A stretch of 64,000 nt of DNA from the human T2T-CHM13v2.0 reference genome, Homo sapiens. The stretch lies in NCBI RefSeq assembly GCF_009914755.1, contig NC_060930.1. One strand, given 5' to 3'. Positions 1 to 12,972 of the stretch are shown one piece after another; the first letter of the stretch is position 1; every line of letters begins with the position of its first letter. The notes beneath the pieces were generated by a model. It did not search any database. It was not told the DNA's origin and was given only the letters and a program-made list of their open reading frames with translations. The translations under genes and the position numbers were made by a program.

Positions 1-290
1 AGAGAAAGGCTGCCAAAACCTTGGGAATTGCTATGGCAGCATTTCTTGTCTCTTGGCTACCATACCTCGTTGATGCAGTGATTGATGCTTATATGAATTT
101 TATAACTCCTCCTTATGTTTATGAGATTTTAGTTTGGTGTGTTTATTATAATTCAGCTATGAACCCCTTGATTTATGCTTTCTTTTACCAATGGTTTGGG
201 AAGGCAATAAAACTTATTGTAAGCGGCAAGGTCTTAAGGACTGATTCGTCAACAACTAATTTATTTTCTGAAGAAGTAGAGACAGATTAA
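1..290 (+). CDS. TAAR9: Trace amine-associated receptor 9, 3' part only (end of ICL3, TM6, TM7, helix 8, C-tail); gene starts upstream of the window
   Basis: Frame from nt 3 reads [21 protein letters not shown]...[46 protein letters not shown], including the TAAR fingerprint NSxxNPxxYxxxYxWF; C-terminus matches human TAAR9. The ORF-track start at 21 is an internal TTG. Confidence 0.95.
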   Translation, partial: RKAAKTLGIAMAAFLVSWLPYLVDAVIDAYMNFITPPYVYEILVWCVYYNSAMNPLIYAFFYQWFGKAIKLIVSGKVLRTDSSTTNLFSEEVETD

Positions 291-343
291 AAACATTACT
301 GTAGAGACCTCAAAACTAACTTGAAATTAAGGTCAAGTGCAAA

Positions 344-349
344 AATAAA
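344..349 (+). terminator. Candidate polyadenylation signal for TAAR9
   Basis: First AATAAA, 54 nt after the stop codon; use not demonstrable from sequence. Confidence 0.4.
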
Positions 350-3300
350 CACTTGGATATAGAGAGGCAAGCATGATCATATGCCAAGTTGTAGGACAAT
401 ACATTCAACAGTTGTTCTAAAGCATTTGTTGTCTTCATGTATTTTGACATATTTTAGATTTAGTGATAAGTGAATAAGATTTGCTGATTCTTTTCCATTT
501 AGCATTCTTTTATGGTTTTCTGGTTCCCTACTTTCTTCTCTGAGATTCCTACTCGTATCTTCAAATATTTTCAAGTTTTGTAGTTTCTCCCACACTCATG
601 ATCAGTGTTCAGCTGTCCAAAATACACAAAGGGGAAAGTAAAGCTCCTGCTTTACTTATAAGTTAGATTCTCTGAGGACAAAAATCTTTGACGTATATCT
701 TGCTTGAGAAGTAGACACAGTATTATAAATTCTTGAAACTTTATTTTAATGTAAAAAGACTTTATAGAGAGCTGGAATGCAGAACTTTCTAGTGCTCAGA
801 GATCATCTGAAAAATGCTTGAGCACTTTTATTTTCTGAACCCTGGCAGTTCTTCCTGCTCATTTTACAAAGACTGTGTTAGCAAAGAAAATGTTTAATGA
901 TTATGTGAATACACACTACATCTTACTTTTGGAGAATATAATTTATTATTGTGGAATAAGCATGTGAACAAAACGATGGTTTCTGTAGTTCTTTTTTTAG
1001 TAATTTTAAATAAAATAAGAATTTTTAAAAGCCAATTCAAATGAGCAGTTTTTCACTTTTGAGGTCTTACTTTGAACCAGATATTGTATTTGGCATTGAA
1101 ATTGTATAAAGCTGAGTAATCCAAATATAACAAAGGATTGTTTCAAAATAGCAAATATCCAAATTGGTATTATACACTCTAGGAACAGCTTCAGTTTTCC
1201 CATCTGATTATACATTTCTCAATCAATATAAATTTTAATTCTTTTTAATTACAAGTATACATTAAGTGTTTCCAGCTACAGTCAAAATTTGAAAAGACAA
1301 ATAATAAAATGGTTTCCCTTCTCAAATCCCTGAATCACTGCCTGAAATCTTTGTTTAGGTAGCTGATTTTCCCAGACAATTCTGTAATAGGTTTGTTTTA
1401 TAAAATGAAAAGAAAAAGTAACTGAGTAAATGGAGCTACACACACATTACATATCATACATTTTATAGATGAACCAGTTTGGAAATACTTTACACAAGAT
1501 TAAGCTGTTTCCTATTTGTGTGTTAATACCTTTCAAAAAGATCAGAGACTATTTAGGAGGAAAATAATTAAAGGTAAAAGAGGACAAAAGGAAGATGCAA
1601 GTCTTCATAGCAGGGTACCTATTTGTGGTTCAGATAATACTGCCAAGGAACAGCTTTATTGATCAACTTTCAAATGCTCACAGTTAAGGTCCCGTATTCT
1701 CCTTCTTTAAAAAGGAGCTCAAGAACTTGGGAGTCAGGTAATGTCTTTATAGAAATGTGAGTTCCTTCCTTCAATTCCAAGTGTGAACTTACATTAACAC
1801 ATAAAAAAAAGGAAAACAATTTGGGCGGACTTTAAAAATATATACCATTCCATTTACTTGTACTATGTAGAGTGTAATCTTTAGATGAACTGATTGCAGA
1901 AATAAATACTGTACAGTGATATTTCCAAGATCTATCCACATCATAATGGAGAATACACTTCCAATCTACTCTTTCTTGTTTATTTTCTTTTCCTCTTCTC
2001 ATAGCGCTTAAAAAGGAAGTCTTTTGATCAAAAATTTGTTTTCCCCAAAATTAACTAGATTGTTAATGCAACACCACTCCTCTCTTCTCTACACATCATT
2101 TATTTATACAAATAAGCTATAAACTTCTTCACCAGCTGCATACCAAGTTGCTGCAGGGCCGTGGATATATTTGGAATAAGACACACTGAGGGTGGTAGTA
2201 GGCTTCACTCCGCAAGACTATCTGCAAGTAAAATCTGACTTTGGAACATACTGCTGAGCTTGGTCTCAATCCTGGAGCACTGTGGTTCCAAATTGTCTGC
2301 TTCAGCCAGTGCGAGGTTGCAGAACTATTGCAAAAAGGTAATTAATCCACTTATGTCCCAAGTGGAGGCTGTATAAATACTATGTCTTTTATGTGTATAT
2401 ACTGTTATAAATAATACATGTTTATTTAACAGCATTGCTCAATTTATAGTAACTTTTGTTCACATGTATTTTTCTCAATTATCTGATACTAAAAGGACAA
2501 CTACTACGTTATGTGAAGCTCTTCGTGCTTCTTAAAAATATTAAAACAGAGAGTTCAGACATAGAAAGTTATAGAATAATTGCTGTAGTTTGCTCCTGTT
2601 AGAGAAACTTTATCAATTATTTAGTGGCAGGGCTGTGAATAGTCCATCAATAATTCATTATAATAGACCATCACGATCACCTAGCTCTTCTCAGAGATCT
2701 GTCAGTATAACTGGCTATTAGTGCAAGAGTTTCTTCATTTATTACTGATGTAATTGATGATTAGCTGGATTTCCTGAACTTCTCATGTGTTTGCAACCTT
2801 TTAAGATGTTATATTTATTTTTCTTCAGCTATCATGCCCTCGACTTATGTTTTCACTATTCATTTTTGATACATTGCAACCTATTTAAAGGTCAGTCTTA
2901 AAGAATGACATTTCAGAATTGCATTTGAAGAAAGCAGAAATACACTAGTGATATTAATTTGAAAATCAAATTATTTTGAAGTGAGCATTAAAAGCAACAG
3001 ATATGCCCTTTGACACACAAAATGTATTCTGTTTACTATACCTAAATACTAAGTCTGTTACAGTACATCAGCAATAGTTTTTAGATTATTTTCTGCCTGT
3101 AGACAGACATATTCCTATACTTTATGAATCAAGTAATTTGATGTTTACTGACTATATTAATTTGTTATGTACTTTTCATTTGCTGCTAAGTCTTTGTTTA
3201 CATTATTTCAATACCTAGCACAGTGCCTTACACTTATTAAGTTCCTAGAGATATTTTTTAAGCAAGAACAATCAATTCTTTTATATTTCTACCCATCAAA

Positions 3301-4552
3301 TAATGATCGATTAATCTTTTATATTTAAAAACTTGGCCATTCTCTCCTTTATTTGGTTTGCTAAAATAGAAAATGCTTAATAATCAATGTTTAGGAAAAG
3401 TCCAACTTTAGTCTATTGAAAAGGTTTGTTTACCCCAATCACTAAAAGGTAATTTTTTATTTAATGAGAAAAAGTGCTAAAGCCTGTAAACTTGCAATAT
3501 TGAGTTTCCTTACTTTACCTAACCTAAAGTGGAGATTCATGAAGTATATGATATCTCAGAGATTTACTGTGAGGATTGTAAATGTTAAGCTTTTTGAAAA
3601 CATACACCTTCTTTTTCCTGCAAAGACTGCATACCATGCAGTATAAAGGTTCAGAGTGAGGTTGTAAAGCCACATTACTTGGGTTTAAATCTCATCTCCA
3701 TCATCTGCAATCTTGGATAAGTCACTTACGCTTTGTAGATCATAGCTGCTTACCTATAAAATGGATATGATTATGGAACTTTCTTATTGAGGTTTTATGT
3801 ATTAATGACCATTATGTAAAACACATCTGCAGATTTTGGAGACCAAAGAGCCAATAAGGAAACCACTATCACATAAAAATTGTTTGTGTTATGTTTTGTA
3901 AATGTTTTAACAGAAAGAAATTTATAAGGATTTTTTGAAATAGTTTCAAAACTTATATTTTTAAGATTTATTTTCTGAAATCATACAATCAAGACTGTTA
4001 ACCAAAAAAGCAATGTTGGAAAAGTATTTTTTTTATTAGAAATTAGAGCTCAGGAAGAGCTCCAGAGTTCTGTTGAAAGAGCCACTTAACCGATTTGAAC
4101 TCACAACATGAGCTCAAAAGTAAATTTTTCATAGAGAAGAAATTACTGTAAACTTTCCTAAGAGTTAGAGATAGTGAAAATCCAAATAAACAGTTTAAAG
4201 ATTACATACACCTACACAAATAAAATGATATTTTTATAAACAGCTTGCATTGCCTTTGTATTTTGTGTGTTTTTAGAATTAGCATTTTGATTTTCTTTTC
4301 TTATTATTAATATTAATTATAGGAACTATTAATGAAGAAAAAAGCTCCAGAGAGATTATATGCTGTAAATGCTGGAGCTGGGATATTTAGATCCATGTCT
4401 GTCTATCATCAAAGCCAATGCTTTGCAAATACTATCATTGTGAATCAGTTGGAAAAAGCAACGACATTTCTTGGAAATGAAAAATTATAGACTATCTTCC
4501 CAGGTGTAACATAAGAGCTGACATTTATATTTTATTCTTATTTTATTCTGTT

Positions 4553-4555
<3 letters not shown>

Positions 4556-4601
<46 letters not shown>
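4556..4601. repeat. (AC)23 microsatellite
   Basis: Perfect dinucleotide run. Confidence 0.97.
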
Positions 4602-4604
<3 letters not shown>

Positions 4605-4619
4605 TAATGCCAAAGGGCA

Positions 4620-4750
4620 AGTTTCATTATTTCCTAAGGGCAATACTAAGCTAAGCATCACAGATCACTTCAAAGATAAGAATATATAAGGTCCCTGTAC
4701 TAATTCATCCTTGTTAAATTTATAAAACAGGCAAAATTCCCTGGGGAGTC
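4620..4750. promoter_or_regulatory. Candidate olfactory-neuron cis-element (homeodomain + O/E (EBF) sites, TATA-like)
   Basis: TCATTA (4624-4629) next to EBF-like TCCTAAGGGC (4632-4641); CTAATT 4700-4705; TATAAAA 4721-4727; perfect TCCCTGGGGA 4738-4747. Confidence 0.35.
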
Positions 4751-5149
4751 CCCCAGCTACCCTGTCTCTACTTTCTCCCCTCACCTAGGAACACTCTGAC
4801 ATTTCAGGCTGTGTTCAAGCTGTTTGTGCTGCGTCCTTTCCCATCAGTAATATGAGCTGTTAAACAATAACTACTTGCCAAATGAATTAAATTCTTCATA
4901 TGGGAGCATTAACAATAAAACATACCATTCTCAGAGGGGTTCCCTTTTAGGTTGGTAGTGGATAAAGGTACAAGAGAAATTTTAAGAGATGTTCAAAGAG
5001 TAACAGTTTGTAAAAAGAAGAAAGTAACAAGGGTGAAGTTTTAGGAAAGGAGGAGTTATTTAAATGGGACAACTTTCTGGTGTTGCTCAATTAAGACCAA
5101 TTAGGCAAAACCAAAGCTTCATCTATTAGGGAGTTTGTTTTCCTCTCTT

Positions 5150-6130
5150 CTGTCATCTAAGGCTAAGGGAGTTTATAATGCATCTGCTGTCCGTTTTTGG
5201 CTTCCACCCACATACTGAGACAGCCCATCTGTAAACCAAGCTTGTGTTTTTCTCCTCTTTAGTTTCCTGAAGTGTGAAATGGAGGGGGTACTGCTGCAAA
5301 GGCGGTAGGTAATGGGCTCTGGGCTCATGTTGCTCACATGTTCCCACTGGCCTTGCTTGTGTTTGGTCCTACATGCATCATTTCCATTGGAGGATCCAAC
5401 AAGACCTAACTCATAATAGGCAGTTACAGACACATGATAGCTTGATGTCACATGGTCAAGCGTTCCATCACTTCCTGGGCTCAGTAGCTCACCAAGAGCT
5501 ATCTTTCAAAAGGTATTTATCTTCCTTACTCTAGACTCCCAGAGGACTGCACTGTGTTTCTCTCAGTGGAGCCTCCCATAAAAAATACACTGCCTCTTTT
5601 TCCACTACTAATACCTTCATCACTGCAAGGTCGTCAAATTGTGACAGTTATTCTATAGCTTAGACCCACTGTAGAGCCATCTTCTGCTCCAGGCCCCACC
5701 GAGAGCTGGAAGAATTTAGTATTATCCAGTGTATGCACCAGAGTGGTATTCCTAAGCATGGAATATATTTTCTCAAGATCCTAAAGCGGTAAACCAAGCA
5801 TTGTGCTTCCTTTTTTAGCTGTAGAGAGTACTGGATGTAATCATTTGTCTTTAACTTTGGATGGGACATCTCTGACCACTATAATGAAGTAGAGAGCCCC
5901 TCAATCTGCATAGAGGCTATCTCCAAACTTCTAAGAAGCATGTATCTTTCCAAGGCCTCTAGTGTGCTATTTACAAATTGCTTATCCTGCATGATCAGCA
6001 TAATGTTATCAATGTAATAAATCAATGGTATCTAAAATAGGATGCCCAAGTGGTCCAGACTCCTTTCTTGAAGAGGGATCTAAACAGTGTCACTCTCTGG
6101 GTCTGCCATAAAGACACACTACATTATGAG
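5150..6130 (-). mobile_element. Degenerate ERVL-class internal (pol: RT/RNase H) fragment
   Basis: Minus-strand translation includes KTQAWFTDGLSQYVGGSQK, similar to the ERVL RNase H AWFTDGS motif; many stops and frameshifts. Confidence 0.7.
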
Positions 6131-6539
6131 AACATCATTTGAGATATCATATCAAGATATCATATCAAGATAGACAACAGGTTTTGGTTAATAACACATA
6201 AAACTTACTGAAAATGTTGGTAAATATCTGATGGACATCACGCTATTACCTAAATCAGGGTTTCTGAACCAATGCCATAATGATGTGTTGCAAATGGATT
6301 ACACGAAGTCCTGGAGAAACTAATCCACTCAGTACTCAGGACAATCAGACTGGGCCCAGGATGGTCAGTGCTCTTGGGCTAGTACACTCTGGCTACTGAG
6401 TCTCTTCTGATGGTTGCCCACATTGAGCAAGGTCTGACAGTGTGATGCTTTTTCCGTAGGTGCCAGGTGGAATGAGCAACCTCCATCATTTGCTGTTTTT
6501 CCACATCATGCTAAGAAAGGGATATTTCTTAACACTTTT

Positions 6540-6940
6540 TGTAGTTGAGTTAATTTTTGAATTATTCATTTCTCCCTGTATTCACACCCTTTGTTATATA
6601 ATTTTGCAGTTCTGCCCATGTGAGGCAGAGTGAGAGCAGAAGAGACAGTGTGCAAATTCTGAGCCTAGGCCTTATGATATCCTATTTCCGTTTGCTCTCT
6701 TGAACCTCTGCCATTGCTATGAGAACATGCTCAGGTAGCCAGCAGATCCAAGGAGGATGAGAGATACGTAAGCCTTGCTACAGCATTAACCAGAGCCAAG
6801 TCCTCCCTGTCCCCAGTTGCCATAGCCTGAAGTAGAGTCAACTCAGCTCAAACGCAGATATGTGAGAAATAAATGTTTAATGTCATATATGAGTGAGAAT
6901 TTGTGGTTGTTTGTTACATGCAATAGTCAACCGATAAACG
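6540..6940 (+). mobile_element. MaLR LTR (MLT1H/I-like)
   Basis: Typical MLT1 segments (gagcctaggcctt, tgtgagaaataaatg, ttgtggttgtttgttac). Confidence 0.65.
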
Positions 6941-6974
6941 CTATACTATATTTTTACTATTTCAAAGCAAAAAA

Positions 6975-7523
6975 TTGCACCAGACAAAGTTAAAGACAAG
7001 GAAGACTTTACTGCAGACAATTGCTACAGGGGAGAAAGGCCAGAACTCAACTCATCTGAGCTCAACTTCACTGAAACAAAGGGCTGAAAAGTTTTTGAAA
7101 GTTAAGGGAGAGGAGGTTGTAGACCACTTGTGTTTGCTAATGGGCCCCACCAAAAGGGAAAGTGAACTTTCTTATATCTTCATGACAGGAGGTAGTTTTC
7201 CAGCTTGGAGCAAGGCATCCCTTGAAGTTAAGACTTCTACCTTCCTACAGGAACTGGGAAATAAGGATGTTATCATCTTTCTTGATAATTACATTTCAAA
7301 GGGATGGCTCCCAGGACCTTGGGAAAGACATTCCTGGGTTATAAAACTAGCAAGAAGCTTTTAAAAAGACTTACCTCTCAAAAGCACAGAGAAAGAATTC
7401 GTAAATACTAATTTTCTAAAGTAAATGCTCTAAGAAAGGGTGGTCAGGAGCCTCAAGTCAGGAAGAAGCCTGTCTTAAGTTTAGTCAAGCTGAGGGGAAC
7501 ATTAAGGTTGACTGTCTTAGTCA
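6975..7523 (-). mobile_element. ERV1-class solo LTR (MER31/MER67-like)
   Basis: Reverse strand begins TGACTAAGACAGTCAACC with ttcttagagcatttactttagaaaa; explains the spurious 129-aa ORF at 6975. Confidence 0.5.
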
Positions 7524-8262
7524 GTTACATTAACTATGTTATATAAAGCAAATGTATGACTTTCATAAGATGTCTTATGTTGATACCCCAAATTCCCTCT
7601 GGTTTACCCTATTGTAAGGTACATATAATAAAGTGAAAAAGATTGGGGAGCATAGACTCAAACCTACCTGTGAATAAATTATTTTCCAGAAGGAGGCAGG
7701 CTCTGGGTATGGAGACGTCCACACATTCCATGGTGACTTGAAGGTTTACCTGTCCATCATCAGCAAGGCTGGGAGTAAAGTTTATGTTGCTCCCGCAATC
7801 AATAGCTGCCGTTTTCTCACTGAGCTTCTCATTAGAGCAAACCTCTTCTTCCTTTACGTGTTGACTCTTTTCTGACCATCATTTATATCAGGAAATAGAG
7901 GAAAAAATGAGAAGTGGTGCTAGAAGGTATACTTCCATAGAAGGAAGATAGTATGCCATATTGAAAAGGCAAATAAAGTGAAAGATCATGTACTAGATTC
8001 TCACTCAATAAATGTTTATTTATGGACTACTATGGATTTTGCATTGAATTGAATGTTCTAATAGCAAATACAAAAGAAATAAAATAATACTTCCCATAAT
8101 CTCATCTGTGGTTGGTGAATCACCTGCAGGTGCTTCTTAAAAACGTAGCTCTCAGGCTTCCATGGAAGGCCTCCTAAACACTATCTCCTAAGGAATCTAC
8201 ATTTGAGCCAAATATTAGAATAGAATTATCACCAAATAAGTTGTACTTGTCTTTGTCAAACT

Positions 8263-8418
8263 ACTCTATAAAATACATTTCTTCTGGAATGTTTCATGTT
8301 TTGGTTGTTGATTTTATTTCTTTCTTATTTTCATTCAAATGAGCGGGTTTGTTTAGTTTTAGTTTTTATTTTTCATCTATTCTCCCCTCACCCAAAGCAC
8401 ACATTTAGTGCCTGGTAG
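8263..8418 (+). repeat. 156-bp segment, copy 1 (copy 2 at 10964-11119)
   Basis: Direct repeat, 7 mismatches in 156 nt by manual alignment. Confidence 0.95.
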
Positions 8419-8728
<310 letters not shown>

Positions 8729-9640
8729 TAGTTTTGAAGTTGTCTTGATCTAGCCCTGAAGTTTCCCCAAATACGACCCTGCTCTACAATGGTGTTTTCA
8801 GTTCCTGTTCTGCTGTCATACAGGATAAGTCCCTGATCCAGGGAGTCAGCCAGTGGGTAGCTCAGCCCAGTGCCTGGTTATGAATCTGTGTCTGTGTCCT
8901 TATATCTCCCTAGACTAAGATCTTTCTAAAAGCCGAAGTCCTGGGTGGAATTGGGGCAAAATCACCTGGCTTCAGCATCCTTTCACGTGTGCTGCAAGGT
9001 TATAAGCCTCGCTCCAGCCCCTGACTTTAAGCAATGAGCATGTACTATTTCCTGTCTGCACAGAGCACTTTTATTAGACCTCTTTAAAGGAGCCAAGATC
9101 CTGGGTTCCTTTGCTGGTTCCGAAACTGCAAAACTCATACGTCCTCATTTTCAGCTCTGCTCACATGTTGTGTTTGTATCTTTTCTTGCACACAGAGAAG
9201 ATGGTCTGATTTATGAACTTTGCTGTACTTTCTTCTTTTTTATATGCCTGCTCTTTCCATATTTTCATCTGGAGCACAGGGGTAGATGAATGAACTAACT
9301 GAACCATCTTGACTGAAAGTCCTAAAGAAATCTTCATCTTGTCTGGGAAGAAAATGTGGAAAAGGAAAAACCTGTTTTATCTGAGCGTGTATATTTTCTA
9401 ATCTTAACTTTTTTACTTCAACCAGTTCTTTGGTCTCAAAAGGTAAGAACTTGATAGTTTTGTTTTCTAGCTTCTCTCCTGACAAATAATGCTCATCCTT
9501 CTTACTTTTCTGACTTCTGACTTCTATGCCTGAGGGGATCAAAAAACCTGGAGACAGGCATCTCACAGAGGTGACAGGAGCAGCGGGACACCGTCATCCA
9601 TGGACCACATTTCTTGCCAGCAGCAGAAGCAAGTGATGCC

Positions 9641-10152
9641 TGTGGTAGGTAGAAAAATGCACACTCCATCCCATCCCCACCGTGATGTTCATTTTCGAAT
9701 CCCTAGAACCTGTGAATGTGTTATCTTACATGGCAAAAGAGACTTTGAAGATGTGATTAAATTAAGGATCTTGGATGAGGAGATTATCCAGGATTAGCCA
9801 AGTGGGCCTAATGTAATCGCAAGTCATTAGAAGTGTAACAGGGAGGAAGGGGAGTCAGTGTCAGGGTCAGAGAAAAACTTCAAGATGCTATGCTGCTGGT
9901 TTTATGAATGGAGGAAGGGACAACAATCTAAGGAATGCTAAGAAGCTTAAAAAGGCAGGAAGGAGATTCTCCCCTAGATCCTCTGAAAGGAATGCCCACC
10001 TCTGGCAACTTGATTTTAGTTCACTGAGACCCATTTCAAATTTCTAAAATCCAGAACTCCAGTCATGTAAGACAACATGACAAAAAATTTGTGCTGTGAT
10101 TAACCACTAAATTTGGGTTAATTTATTACAGCAGCAATGGGAAACGAATACA
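9641..10152 (+). mobile_element. MaLR LTR (MLT1C/D-like)
   Basis: tgtggtagg...agaacctgtgaatgtgttatcttacatggcaaaagagacttt...ttacagcagcaatgggaaacgaataca. Confidence 0.85.
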
Positions 10153-10559
10153 ATGCCATAATCCCAAGGCAGATGCCCCATGTATGGCTACAGATACCTC
10201 CAGTGGTTCTGGTGCTTACCTAACCAATGAGCCTAGGTATCAGCAGCCAATCAGAAACATTCAGAGACTTCACTTTTCTAATACAGGACAGAGGCAGTTC
10301 ATGGCCCTCTGGCTTTAAGTAACTGCGCTATTTCTACTCCCCTGAATCCAATCTCCCAGAGCTTAGATCTGTGCTTGGTTCCCTGCTTGGCAGTAAAACT
10401 TTCCCAGTTGGAACTCAGTCTCTGGTCTCATATTTTCCACTAGTTTTTCTTTAACACCCCAGAATAAAATAACAAATAATAAAACCAAATCCAAACACTA
10501 ATAACAACATGAATGTTCTCTGAACCCATGTCTCTTGCTATCTATTATATAGGTCTCTT

Positions 10560-11470
10560 CCTTTTCACAGCTGAGCAGTATCAGTCATTGTTTATTATTT
10601 CACTTGCCTTCCTTCTCCATTCTCATTCATTCTCAATCCACTGCCATCTAGATTCTGTCTAACATTCCATCAGAAGTCCAGTCATGCTCATCATTAACCT
10701 GGTTGTTAATGACAACAAACAATTCTCAGTCTTCATTTAACTTGACACACCTACAGCATTGGACACTCCTGGCTATGCCTCCCTTACCTGAACCTCTTTC
10801 TTTCCACGACATCTATGGGACCACTTTTTCCTGTTTTTCTATCTGTATTTCTGGCTACTCTTTCTTTTTGCAGGCATAACTTTGAACTTGGTGCTCCTCT
10901 GTTCCTTCTATTTTCACTGTGCACACTCTAATCCAGTCAACAAATACTGAGTAGCATCCTACAACTCTATAAAACACATTTCTTCTGGAATGTTTCATGT
11001 TTTGGTTGTTGATTTTATTTATTTATTATTTTCATTCAAATGAGTGGGTGTGTTTAGTTTTAGTTTTTATTTTTCTTCTATTCTCCCCTCACCCAAAACA
11101 CACATTTAGTGCCTGGTAGGTTTTTTATTTTTATTTATTTTTATTTTTTTCATTTAACTGGACACATTTACAGCATTGGACATCCTGGCTATGGGCACCA
11201 GGCAATCAAATTTCTTTCTATGGTTTCAAAACAGCAGAATGTGAGCAACCCCAAATGACTGTTTCTGGCACAGTTTCTTTCCTGAGCTGAAAACTCATAG
11301 GCTAAATTCCCTACTGAAGGACTCCAGTGTTATGTCCCTCTGACCAGTCCAAACCTAACCCATCATCTTTCTTTTCTAGACTCACTCTTTCTCCTGCTTA
11401 CTGTATCCTGCCTATTGGCAAGTTGAAAACCTGGGAATCATCCTTGACTCTTACCTGCATCATGCAGCTC
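10560..11470. mobile_element. Old L2 fragments, interrupted by the templated insertion at 10964-11193
   Basis: Pyrimidine-rich L2-like segments (cagcattggacac, aaacctgggaatcatccttgactct). Confidence 0.55.
10964..11193 (+). repeat. Composite local duplication: copy of 8263-8418, T-rich linker, copy of 10732-10777
   Basis: Two direct alignments to nearby sequence, joined by a T-rich stretch at 11120-11150. Confidence 0.9.
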
Positions 11471-12066
11471 TGAACCCTGAATGCTTTTGGTCTTTAAATT
11501 GCATGTATCACATTTCAGAATATAGAGAAGCAAGGTTACTCAGTAAGAGTAGGGTGAGATCAAGTTAGGTTTGAGAATTAAAGGAAAGGTAAAATAGCAT
11601 TGCCAAAAAGAATTTGGTAGATGATCAACTGAATGATTGTTTTTATGTCACACCTTTAATACATGTATTAATTTATTTCTATATATTTTTAGTACCTTTA
11701 TCCTAACTGGCATATCATATCTGTATTTTCAAGTCCTATATATACTGCTGTGGAGGAAAAAGGTCTTTATCATTTCCTACTTAGTAGGTGCCATATAGGA
11801 TCAAAATTAGCTATTTTTTTCCCCCAGGCCTGAAATTCTTTTTATGGAGCTTCATTCCTTAATCTCGCTTCTTAATCCCCTAAATTACTGTTAGTATTAT
11901 GGGGACAAGCCTGTATGTCAAGAAAGGCTGTTATTTTCAGAACTGCCTGGACCTCAGCTTCTACACCCTCTTGTCTGGAAATTTCGCAGTTACCTCCACA
12001 TGGGGTATTCTTTGCCTCATCATTGAGCTGCTATTACAAAGAGATAATTTAATATCTGAAATGAAA

Positions 12067-12972
12067 CAGGCAGTTATTCCATGGGCATATGACTGGGGCA
12101 GCAGTGCAGAGACCTACTATTAGGGTTTCATGCTCATAGTTGCTGTCTTGAATTTCTGTCTTTGAAATTCAAATGTGTGTGTTGTTAAGTGAAGAGACAA
12201 TGGAGCATGTGCTGGGTGCTTGGAACTTCAGACCACTAGTAGTCTTGCATTACACCTTGTTCCTTCTTCCCTGGGAGGGGTATTCAGCCTCATGTTCCCC
12301 TGCCCCCTGGCACCTTGGGCTCCATCCAGTCTCCTCCTACCCGCTCTGACCAGGGACCACTGCCATCCTCTTTTCATCCCTGCAGAGGACTGGATGCATC
12401 ACAGGGAGAGTTGCAGCCAGGCACATCCTCCACAGTCTCAGGGCTAGGCATAGACTGTTGCCTCCATCTCCCGCTGGCAGCGTCACAGCACGTTTGATGA
12501 GCTCCTCAGCAGGGCCAAGCCCCTCATGAACCCCAATCCAGGTATCAAGTGCTTTCTGCTGTGCAGGTTGTAATCCCTTGGGGGTCATTGGTCTGCCTTT
12601 TGTTGAGGTAGCAGGCCTGTGAGAAGGGCAAATCCCTGGCTCAGCTTCTCACCCCCATCCTGACTATGGCATATTACTTCAGCAGCTGGTAGGAGGGGGA
12701 ATCTGGCAGTGGGTGGACCATGTGCAAGCTGAGTTGCAAGGCAGGGAATGCAGACACCTGTGAGAGTCCTCACTTGCCCTGCAAATACCTCTTTGTCCAA
12801 GGGCATTCCATAGCAAATATCGAACACTATGACAGGCCAAGAAAGACCATAAAAGAAAGGTAAAAGCTTTCTATTTCAGTACCTTTAATGACACTTTTTG
12901 TCCATACTTTTGAACAAGGGTCTCTGCATTTTATTTTGTGCTGGATGCTGCAAATTATATAGATAGTCTTGT
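12067..12972. mobile_element. hAT-Tip100 DNA transposon relic (MER45B-like)
   Basis: Right end tttgaacaagggtctctgcattttattttgtgctggatgctgcaaattatatag matches the MER45 terminus; GC-rich interior accounts for ORFs at 12220-12827. Confidence 0.7.

Noticed and set aside
6975-7364. 129-aa ORF
   Set aside because: TTG start, inside an LTR, no recognisable domain.
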